DNA from: Rhodosorus marinus CCMP1338
Taxonomy: Eukaryota; Plantae; Rhodophyta
Length of the DNA: 64,000 nucleotides
NCBI GenBank assembly: GCA_029953675.1
Contig: JAMWBK010000004.1
Span: 1,302,001-1,366,000, forward strand
Reading direction: 5' to 3'
Shown here: positions 13,216-22,900 of the stretch, piece after piece
Numbering within the stretch: the first letter of the stretch is position 1
How the letters are laid out: every line of letters begins with the position of its first letter
The notes under the pieces: model-generated
What the model was told of the DNA's origin: nothing
Seen by the model: the letters and a program-made list of their open reading frames with translations, nothing else
Databases searched by the model: none
Translations under genes and position numbers: made by a program

Positions 13216-15142
13216 CACTGACCACAGCCGCCGGCTGGATCGCCGCGTAAGATCCCACAGCCAGCCCGCCCAACCGTACGGGCAACGCGATCTGCCGGTG
13301 AAGGACGTCCTTTTCTGCATCCCCCCAAGCAGATAGCTCAGCGTCCATCAGCGCGCCTAGCACGTCCCTCGCTCGTCGGTCTGCGCGGAGCGCCAGCCAA
13401 GACCCCCACTCGGAGGGTAGCTGCCGCAAAATATAGGTCAGCCTCTGGCACGCGCTGAACCGAAAGATGAGCAGAGCGGTCTGGAGGTACCCTTCTGGGA
13501 GACTGCACTGCTCAGTCAGGAGCTCATTATGATGACCCAGGATCGCGGAGAGGCTGCGTTCAGCAAATATCGGAGTGCCTTCGTGGACACCGAAGAGAAG
13601 GAAGCCCTCAGCTCGCCAAATACTTCGGAACCTGGATGGAACCAAGTCCGCGGTGCAGAGAGACCCCCCCCAGAAGTCCCACTTGGCATGGTTGATACGC
13701 AGCCCCATCAAGGAAGCCACCTCGCCGAGAAAATCGTAGGCCGGCACCAGATCGTCGGGAGTGCCAAGAAGCGTCACATCGTCATGGAAGGCGACCGCAC
13801 GGACCCGCGGGAACTGATGTTTCAGCCGCAACAGCACCAGTTGCAATCCACAGGCGTGCAGGAACGGCCCTAAGGGATCGCCCTGCTGCACACCCGTATG
13901 AGCCGCAAAGGTGTGGCTCTCGGCACCCAAGGTGACAAATCGGGGCCCGTTCGGCGCTTCACCATATACGCGGCGTAAGAACGGGAAGCCAGAGGGGAAA
14001 AGCTGACGAACTACCTCAAGCGCGTGTGCTCGAGACACACTGTTAAACGCGTTAGCGAAATCCACAGAAAGCGTACCTAAGGGCTCATCGCGGAGACCGT
14101 CCAGTTGCAGGATACGCGTCACCAGTTCAAAGCCACCTGAACAGCCGACACCGACCTGGGTCAACCCAAAATAACCGCTGGCCTCCTTAGTGAGCTGACG
14201 CGATAGAAAGCGGGTCGCCAGCTTCCGCAATGCTTCGCACATCCCGATTGGCCGAAGGGAAGTTGTCTGGTCTGAATGTCCAGGCTTTGGCAAGAGGACC
14301 AGTTGGGAGCGCGAAAATAGTGCCCAGGCCTCTGCGCAAAAATCGTCCCCATTGACAAGACCCTCCAGTACCCGCGCAAGGGCGTCCAGCCCTTCTTCAC
14401 CCAACCAGTGAAAAAGTTCGACCCGGAGTCCTGAGGGACCAGGTGCACGACCTTTCGGGGCGGACCTAAGCAGAGCCAGAACCTCATCCGGCCGAACAAG
14501 CAACCGACCCCTACCGCGCGAGGAATCAACAAAAGGATCTAAGACACGCTGGAACTCAGAGTTCCAACTCACGTCGCGCGCAGGGAACAACGCGGCGACT
14601 GGATCAGCCAGGTCAGTCCGATACGGCTCGACTGAAGCGCCTTGCTGGAGGATGGCCGCCCCACGCCGAATATTCCCCAGTGCCACTGCTGCCTTTGCCC
14701 GTACCTGCCTACGGGAACGAGAAGAAGGTGAAGTCCCGCACGAAGAGGAAGAAGAGACACTAGCGAGGTATAAAGATTCTAAGAAAGCAAAGTCCCCCGC
14801 CAGAAAAGACTGAACTTTGCGTCTAATTGGACATGCATCGCGCCCCTGGGAGACCGTGAGCACTAGCCGAGGAAAAACAAACAAAAGCTTCCAAGCAAGT
14901 GCTGCTTGAGGATGGTCGGCCACCTCCATAAGCAGGAATTCCAAAAGAAAAGAAACCCTGCTGCGCAAGCGATGAGGGAGAGAGACTGGGGGCGAACGAG
15001 GGCAAAGAGGGATATCCCCAGAAGCAAAACGCCCAACAAAACCTTCGAACCAAGATACAAGGCGAGAACGCCAGTCCTCAAAGCTACCTGGGCTCGGAAA
15101 GAAAGCAGCAAGCTCGCAACGTTCCCTAAAAGACTCAGACAT
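13211..15142 (-). CDS. Retrotransposon ORF2 (N-terminal domain + reverse transcriptase), C-terminally truncated
   Basis: PKGRAPGPSG, LVLLPKP, LRPIGMCEALRKL, QVGVG, DFANAFNSVSR, GVQQGDPLGP, AFHDD, GLRIN, QIALPVRLGGL. Confidence 0.9.
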   Translation of the reverse strand: MSESFRERCELAAFFPSPGSFEDWRSRLVSWFEGFVGRFASGDIPLCPRSPPVSLPHRLRSRVSFLLEFLLMEVADHPQAALAWKLLFVFPRLVLTVSQGRDACPIRRKVQSFLAGDFAFLESLYLASVSSSSSCGTSPSSRSRRQVRAKAAVALGNIRRGAAILQQGASVEPYRTDLADPVAALFPARDVSWNSEFQRVLDPFVDSSRGRGRLLVRPDEVLALLRSAPKGRAPGPSGLRVELFHWLGEEGLDALARVLEGLVNGDDFCAEAWALFSRSQLVLLPKPGHSDQTTSLRPIGMCEALRKLATRFLSRQLTKEASGYFGLTQVGVGCSGGFELVTRILQLDGLRDEPLGTLSVDFANAFNSVSRAHALEVVRQLFPSGFPFLRRVYGEAPNGPRFVTLGAESHTFAAHTGVQQGDPLGPFLHACGLQLVLLRLKHQFPRVRAVAFHDDVTLLGTPDDLVPAYDFLGEVASLMGLRINHAKWDFWGGSLCTADLVPSRFRSIWRAEGFLLFGVHEGTPIFAERSLSAILGHHNELLTEQCSLPEGYLQTALLIFRFSACQRLTYILRQLPSEWGSWLALRADRRARDVLGALMDAELSAWGDAEKDVLHRQIALPVRLGGLAVGSYAAIQPAAVVSG

Positions 15143-16670
15143 CCTGCTCCCTCACCACGGAGGAAGCGTCTACGGGATGCGAATCCGCAACGGAATCAGA
15201 AGAATTTCCGCCCGCAACTAGCGCCAAGAAGGGGCGCTTGAGCGGAGGGGCACGCAAAGAGGAGAGGGATGCATAGATAGCCCCTAAGGAGCCGGAGACC
15301 CTCCCCGGACGTCAAAGGGCGAAGAGGTGCTCGGCTCAATCGCGAGCGGGTCCACCTCTGGATCGACATTTACATCCATAGAGGGTATTTCCCCGACGTC
15401 GTCACAAGGCTCCGCACGGACAGAAAGACGCCCAGCGGGAAACACCTGCAAAGTCAGGATGATTCTCCAAAACGAGGCAAGGAAATCTTGGACCGCGGCA
15501 AGGGAGGAAACCCCTATTTGGGAGCCGATCTAGCAGGTTCTTCTGAACCCTTGAAAGCCGTTCAAAATGGGCCGAAACGGCCAAGGTCAGAATGTCCTCT
15601 GCGCGAGCGCCAAGGAGATCCGAAGGGACGAGGATTTCCGCAGAGAAACGATCAAAATCAAGCATTAAAGTAACACGGGCGCGTGTCAAAACCTTATTCG
15701 CTAAAACAGGTCTCTGCGCAGGAGGCGTTTTCAACAAAGTAGATAGGATTTGGTGCGCAGTATCTGTCACAAAGAAGCAACCATGGGTGGGGTCCCGAGA
15801 AATCAACGTAGAGAAAATCGCGGGGCGACGCGCCGAGACACGAGGCCATCGTGTCACGAAAATCGCGAACAGGAATGCGGGCCCCGTAGCGCGAGGAGCG
15901 CTGGGGCCGCACGTTGGCCATCAAGACCCAGCGGAGAGGAGATATGGTCCGTTGAACAGAGTCAACGGCAGGCTCAGCAGGGAATGTACGTACCAGGGCC
16001 TCCGCGCGGGCCTCGACGGACCCACGACGGAGCACTTGGGAGTAGGAAGGCCGCACCGGGCGGGTAGCGGCGGCAGGGGGCACAGGACCGGACACAGAAG
16101 AGTCGGCCAGAAGAGGTCGGTTTGGGAGGACAGCTGTCGCAACCGCGTTTGTCCCAGATGGGACACGCTCAATTGGGAGATCGGCGGCCGCCGTCGTGGC
16201 GTCGGTGCACTGGGCGTTGGCAAAAGCAGTCAGGGTGGAAGCCAGCTCCGCGAGGCGGTTGGCTTCAGCAGCGGCAGCAACAGCGCGAGCAATTTGGACA
16301 ACTAAGGCTTCCGCAGTAGCCTTGGTGCAACCTGGCAGCTCGGCGAGTGTGCCGAATCTCCCGAGTCGTAGCTCCACTGACTGCGGAGAGGCAGTTGACG
16401 CAACCATCTGAAGCGGAAATTCAGAGGGACGCTGGGGGAAGAGTGGCGCAGGTGAACCCCACAAGCACCGCCGATGACCGAAATATCGCCGAACAAAACA
16501 GCAACGCCAAGATGAGACCAAACCCCTACCGGAACCACCTTCCCAGACCAAAACAACCCAAAAAACCCTTCGCGGACGACCCGGAAACGCCGGGAAAGGC
16601 GAGGAACAGCCGCAGAAAGATGGCAGCCCACACAAAGATCGCGAACAAACTCAATCGCGCCCAACCCAGC
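13216..16670 (-). mobile_element. Subfamily A copy retaining 5' region, ORF1 and the RT part of ORF2; 3' part cut off by the adjacent insertion
   Basis: Uninterrupted 643-aa ORF 13211-15142 with all RT blocks, preceded by ORF1 pieces 15694-16635 and 15402-15857. Confidence 0.88.
15402..16407 (-). pseudogene. Retrotransposon ORF1 (helical N-terminus, SYSQV motif, possible RRM-like region), frameshifted
   Basis: ATG at 16407 (MVASTASP); Ala-rich helix, PSYSQVLR, VLMANVRP...FLYVDFSG; continues in a second frame (15402-15857); immediately upstream of ORF2 on the same strand. Confidence 0.6.
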
Positions 16671-16735
16671 TAACCTTGATAGACAGTGCAGCTTCTCGGC
16701 GGCTGCGAGGTCTCTTTCGCAACCACCCAGGGCGT

Positions 16736-17063
16736 CTAGATAGTCTGCTCACGGAGCTTTCTTTGACCCTGTGGCGCTCAAATGCTGCTTTATTTGGAGA
16801 CGCGCGTGATCAGCGTCTTGTCTCGCACTAGATAGTCTGCTCACGGAGCTTCCCTTGAGCCTGTGCCGCTTAAATGCTGCTTTATTTGTAGAAGCGCGTG
16901 ATCAGCGTCTCTCACTAGATAGTCTACTAGATAGTCTGCTCACGGAGCTTTCTTTGACCCTGTCGCGCTCAAATGCTGCTTTATTTGTAGACGCGCGTGA
17001 TCAGCGTCTTGTCTTTCGCCTCTCGCTTCTCAGGGTAGTTAGGCTCTGAACAAACGGATCATC
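16736..17063 (+). repeat. Tandem repeat of the element's last ~90 bp of coding sequence
   Basis: Units starting ctagatagtct at 16736, 16828, 16915 and 16927; the last unit runs into a terminus and (ATC)2 tail. Confidence 0.8.
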
Positions 17064-20000
17064 TGGAATCCGGCTCAACAGGTCAAGGGGGTTGTGGCAA
17101 CCCCAGGTACAGTCGCAAGCTTACACGAAGCTCGAGATCGGTAATCGCCAACCGCAGATATGCAGGATTGGACGCAGCAGGGCGATCCCTTAGGCCCGTT
17201 CCTGCACGCCTGTGGATTGCAACTGGTGCTGTTGCGGCTGAAACATCAGTTCCCGCGGGTCCGTGCAGTCGCCTTCCATGACGATGTGACGCTTCTTGGC
17301 ACTCCCGACGATCTGGTGCCGGCCTACGATTTTCTCGCGAGGTGGCTTCCTTGATGGGGCTGCTGCGTATCAACCATGCCAAGTGCGATTTCTGGGGGGG
17401 TCTCACTGCACCGCGGACGCGGTTCCATCGGACATACCGGTTCGTCCCCCTCATTATTGAGTGCTTTGGCTTTACAGATGATGATCCGTTTATTCAGGGG
17501 CTAACTACCCTGAGAAGCGAGAGAAAAGACGCTGATGCCGCGCGTCCACAAACAAAGCAGAATTGGAGCGCCACAGGGTCAAAGAAAGCTCCGTGAGCAG
17601 ACTATCTAAACGCCCTGGGTCGTTGCGAAACACAGCTCGCAGCCAGCGAGAACCTACACTATCTATCAAGCTAAAGCACTCAATAATGAGGGGGACGAAC
17701 CGGTATGTCACCGCCGAATCGCGAAAGGTAGGGTTTGACATCGCTGCCGCGTACTGCGAATCTTTCACTTGCCGCATGGACCGAGTTGCAGCTCCTCGAC
17801 GCCGAGCCGACGCAGGCAGGTACCTGGTCGCCTGAGGACAAGGGATGGAGAGGTCAATGTACTCACTGCGACGCGCATTGAGGTCAGTCACAAGGAGATC
17901 CGCCACCCGCTGTACAGCTGGGGCGTCACTCTCATCAGCAATTTCCGATGCCACAGCCAGAGGGACCTCATACTCCACTTCTCGGCCCGTACCGAGGGAT
18001 TGAGAATGAAGGTAGCTCAGAAGCAAGCGGTTGAGCCGCGTATGGCGTCTGGTCCGGGCCCCTTGAACCTCCGCACAAGACGCCAACAGATGCGCACCAT
18101 AATCACCCCACGGCACATTGGCCCCGCACAATGCGCCTCAGGGTAGTTAGCCTCTGAATAAACGGATCACCTAGAATCCCGCTCAACAGGCCAAGGGGGT
18201 TGCGGCAAGCCCAGGTAAAGTCGTAACCTTACACGAAGTTCGAGATCGGTAAGCGCCAACCGCCGATACGCAGGTATGACCGTGAAGAAACGGGAGCTGA
18301 GACTCCCCCCCAAACCGCGCAGGCGAGCCAAAGTCGACGCCGAGCACGAAGGTAAACTCAGAAAGGTGGCATACGAGTCCCGATGTACGTCCCACGAAAG
18401 GGTTTTTTGGATTACATCGGTCCTCGAAGGGGCCGGACCCGACCGGGAAACGCCCTCCTTTGGCGGTCTCGACGGCACAGCCACGGCGTCAACATCCTCG
18501 GCAGTTTCTACACCATTTCCAACACACGGTGCTGCAGCAGAGACTCCCGAACGCTGGCCACCGAGGGAGTCAAGAACTGCCGCCCAGGAATCGCACCGAG
18601 CCTGGGTACCACTCGGCAGGGCGGTACATTGTTGAAAGCGGCCTCCAGTTCCGCAAAAACCCCCCAAAGCCGTGGGGCGAGAGTCCCGTCCAGCCGCCCA
18701 ACCCGAAGTCCACTCAACAAACCACTCACATGCGGATCACACTCCGTAGACCATGTATTAAGCGCATTGGCCCACGAACTCACCGCAGCCGCCGGCTGGA
18801 TCGCCGGATAAGATCCCACAGCCAGCCAGCCCAACCGCACGGGCAACGCCATCTGCCGGTAAGGACATCCTTTTCTGCATCCCCAAAAACAGATAGCTCA
18901 CTCTCGTGCCTAGCACGTCCCTCGCTCGTCGGTCTGCACGGAGCGCCAGCCAAGACCCCCACTCGGAGGGTAGCTGCTTGATAGATAGTGTAGGTTCTCA
19001 CCTGGCTGCGAGCTCTGTTTCGCAACGACCCAGGGCGTTTAGATAGTGTGCTCACGGAGCTTTCTTTGACCCTGTGACGCTCCAATTCTGCTTTGTTTGT
19101 GGACGCGCGTCATCAGCGTCTTGTCTCTCGCTTCTCAGGGTAGTTAGCCTCTGACTAAACGGATCGATGGATGCTGAGCTACGCGTTTTGGGGGATGCAG
19201 AAAAGGACGTCCTTCACCGGCAGATCGCGTTGCCCGTGCTGTTGGGCGGGTTGGCTGTGGGATCTGACGCGGCGATCCAGCCGGCGGCTGTGGTGAGTTC
19301 GTGGGCCAATGCGCTTAATACATGGTCGACGGAGTGTGATCCGCATGTAACGACCCATGGCGTTTAGATAGTCTGCTCACGGAGCTCTGAATAAACGGAT
19401 CATCATCATCATCATCGAGCTTTCTTTGACCCCGTGGCGCTCCAACTCGGCTTTGTTTGTGGGCGCGCACAAGATAAGACGCGTCATCAGCGTCTTGTCT
19501 TTCGCTTCTCAGGGTATTATTCAGAGGCTAACGCCTCTGAATAACGGATCTTCTGTGAGTGGTTTGTTGAGTGGACTTGGGGTTGGGCGGCTGGACGGGA
19601 CTCTCGCCCCACGGCTCGGGGGGGTTTTTGCGGAACTGGAGGCCGCTTTTCAACAATGTACCGTCCTGCCGAGTGGTAGCCAGGCTCGTTGCGATTCCTG
19701 GGCAGCAATTCTTGACTCACTCGATGGCCAGCGTTCGGGAGTCTCAGCTGCAGCACCGTGTGTTGGAAACGGTGTAGAAACTGCCGAGGATATTGACGCC
19801 GTGGCTGTGCCGTCGAGACCATCCGCATTTGAGTGGTTTGTTGAGTGGACTTCGGGTTGGGCGGCTGGACGGGACTCTCGCCCCAGGGCTCGCGGGGGTT
19901 TTTGCAGAACTGGAGGCCGCTTTTCAACAATGTACCGCCCTGCCGAGTGGTACCCAGGCTCGGTGCGATTCCTGGGCGGCAGTTCTTGACTCCCTCGGTG

Positions 20001-20461
20001 GCCAGCGTTCGAGAGTCTCTGCTGCAGCACCATGTGTTGGAAATGGTGTAGCAACTGCCGAGGATATTGACGCCGTGGCCATAGTCGACGCCGAGCACGA
20101 AGGTAAACTCAGAAGGGTGGCATACGAGTCCCGATGTATGTCCCACGAAAGGGTTTTTTGGATTACATCGGTCCTCGAAGGGGCGGGACCCAACCGGCAA
20201 ACGCCCTCCTCTGGCGGTCTCGACGGCACAGCCACGGCGTCAATATCCTAGGCAGTTTCTACACCATTTCCAACACACGCTGCTGCAGCAGAAACTCCCG
20301 AACGCTGGCCACCGAGGGAGTCAAGAGCTGCCGCCCGGGATTCGCACCGAGCCTGGGTACCACTCGGCAGGACTGTACATTGTTGAAAAGCGGCCTACAG
20401 TTCCGAAGAAAATACCGAAGCCGTGGGGCGAGAGTCCCGTCCAGCCGCCCAACCCGAAGTC

Positions 20462-20542
20462 CACCCAACAAACCACTCACATGCGGATCACCCAACAAAC
20501 CACTCACATGCGGATCACCCAACAAACCACTCACATGCGGAT
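20462..20542. repeat. 3 x 27-bp perfect tandem repeat inside a retroelement fragment
   Basis: cacccaacaaaccactcacatgcggat x3; encodes (DPHVSGLLG)3 on the minus strand. Confidence 0.9.
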
Positions 20543-22344
20543 CACACTCCGTAGACCATGTATTAAGCGCATTGGCCCACGCACTCACCACAGCCGCCGG
20601 CTGGATCGCCGCGTATAATCCCACAGCCAGCCCGCCCAACCGCACAGGCAACGCGATCTGCCGGTGAAGGACATCCTTTTCTGCATCCCCAAAAACAGCT
20701 AGCTCAGCATCCATCAGCGTGCCTAGCACGTCCCTCGCTCGTCGGTCTGCGCGGAGCGCCAGCCAAGACCCCCACTCGGAGAGTAGCTGCCACAAAAAAT
20801 AGGTCAGCCTCTGGCACGCGCTGAACCGGAAGATGAGCAGAGCGGTCTGGAGCTGCCCTTCTGGGAGACTGCACCGCGTGTGCTCGAGACACACTGTTAA
20901 ACGCGTGCAGATGCGCGTAGGTATCTGGTCGCCTTAGGACAAGGAATAGAAAGGTCAACGTACTCACTCCGACGGGCGCTGAGATCAGTCACCACTAGAT
21001 CCGTCACCCGCTGCACCCCTGGTGCGTCAGCCCTATCAGTAATTGCCGTGGCCACGGGCAGAGATTCGCAGTACGCGGCAGCGATGTCAAACCCTACCTT
21101 TCGCGATTCGGCGGTGACATACCGGTTCGTCCCCCTCATTATTGAGTGCTTTGGCTTGATAGATAGTGTAGGTTCTCGCTGGCTGCGAGCTCTGTTTCGC
21201 AACGACCCAGGGCGTTTAGATAGTCTGCTCACGGAGCTTTCTTTGACCCTGTGGCGCTCCAATTCTGCTTTGTTTGTGGACGCGCGTCATCACCGTCTTG
21301 TCTCTCGCTTCTCAGGGTAGTTAGCCTCTGAATAAACGGATCTTCATCGAGTGCTTTGGTTTAGTTGATTGTGTCGGCTCTCGCTGGCTTCGTGGGCTCT
21401 TTCGTCACGGCCCAAGTCGTCTTGATAGCCTCCTCACGGAGCTATCCTTGACCTTATGGCGTTCCAACGCGGCTTTATTGTTCGACGCGCGTCATCAGCG
21501 TCTTGTTTCTCGCTTCTCAGGGTAGTTAGGCTCTGATAAACTGATGATGATGATGATGACCAGCCAAGGAATTTCCCCTGGGTGCGCGACAGCATTTCCC
21601 GGGCGCCGATGAAGTCTTCTGCGCGCGGTGTAACCGATGATGATCGTTTATTCAGAGCCTAACTACCCTGAGAAGCGAGGTACAAGACGCTGATCACGCG
21701 TGTTCGACAATAAAGAAGCATTGGAACGCGCCACTGCAGCTCCCGTACAAGACCTCCAACCGAGAGTCTTCCATGGCTCAACCTCACGCCCTATTCCTCT
21801 ACAACTCCAGGTCAGCGATGAGACCATATAAAGGAAACTCATGAATTCTTGCCCTACCCTGGCCGAACGACTCGAAAAGGCAAGGCCCTCTGAACAAAAC
21901 CTGTCAAGCCTAGTGTCACTTGTGCAAAGGCTCTTCGTTCGTTTGTTCTTCTTCTACCCCAAGTGCGGCCTAGATCCTTCTAGTATAGTCGACTGCTCGA
22001 TTCTGATCTAATAACGGCTAATCCTAGTTACACCGAAATCCAATTCATAATAAAAACAACTGATCATCATCAGTCTGGGTCGCCACCGACGCAGCGTACC
22101 GGCCAGTCTGTCTGATTCTAGCCATGGCTATTCCATGGAAAACCTCAAGACCCGAACACTACGACCCAAAAAACAGCGAAAATAAATACAGATCCATAAA
22201 CATAGATACCCGCGTCATCATCCTCCATTTATTCAGAGCCTAACTACCCTGAGAAAAGCTAGAAACAAGACGCTCATGACGCGCGTCCAACAATAAAGTA
22301 GCATTGGAACGCCAGGGGGTCAAGGCAGCGTCGCGTCATCCGCG

Positions 22345-22900
22345 TCATCACCCGTTCATTTAGAGCGTCACTGCCTTGAGGAGGAGAAGCGAGACGCTGA
22401 TGACGTTCGTCCAACATTGAAGAAGCGTTTAAACCCAGAGCGTCGAATGATTCTCTCGTACGACACCCACACGGGGTTGTTAGTTTTTCAGGAAACCAGG
22501 GAGTCGAAGAGAGCTCCGGTGAGGAGGCTTTCAAGACGCCCTGTGTCATGCAAAAGAGCGCACGAAGCCAATGAAGTAAAGGCTAAAGCACTCGATGATG
22601 AATTGAACGAGCCGATATGACATTGCAGAGTCGCGAAGCGAAGAGGGCAGCATCGGATTCCTTCAAATGCCACGTTGCCTAGCAGTAGCTCCACGGCGCC
22701 GAGCGGACAAAGGAAGGTATCTGGTCTGCTGGTGAGACGGCAAGGAAAGGTCGATAACGATGCTTCGACTAGCAGTCAGACCGACTGGTCTTTCACCTCC
22801 TTGAACCTCAGAATTGTACTGAGTATAAAATAGAAACCAACCCTGAACATACGGATGGACGGTTTTCCGCGTCCTGCTTATCAACATGGACTATGAGGTA
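22345..22900 (-). mobile_element. Diverged subfamily C 3' fragment (RLE region)
   Basis: Nucleotide similarity to the RLE and 3' end of A/B copies (gagctccggtgaggagg, aaagcactcgatgatg, ggtatctggtc), with GAT-type tail on the element strand. Confidence 0.65.

Larger units (their letters stand above)
1900..22900. mobile_element. About 21-kb nested, scrambled cluster of CRE-clade (RLE-type) non-LTR retrotransposons
   Basis: Repeated RT motifs (LRPIG, DFANAFNSVSR, GVQQGDPLGP, FHDD, QIALPVRLGGL), CCHC knuckle plus RH, RLE motifs (RVADL, EYIDLSIP, KDSQY, FVPLIIECFG) and many copies of the terminus ctcagggtagttagcctctgaataaacgg in both orientations. Confidence 0.92.

Noticed and set aside
15135-15142. 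ATGTCTGA stop/start overlap between an upstream frame and ORF2 (also 9226-9233)
   Set aside because: Frameshifts make it unclear which frame is the true ORF1 C-terminus, so translational coupling cannot be claimed.
5032-21320. Numerous long antisense and alternate-frame ORFs in the track (e.g. 15592-16305, 18460-18981, 19517-20200)
   Set aside because: GC-rich shadows of the retroelement ORFs with no independent motifs.
4600-22400. Repeated termini with variable intervening sequence resembling a CRISPR array
   Set aside because: The repeats are retrotransposon 3' ends in both orientations, spacing is irregular, the intervening pieces are element fragments, and there are no cas genes.
1900-22900. 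Telomere-associated array as in Cnl1
   Set aside because: No telomeric repeat tract is visible and genes flank both sides.
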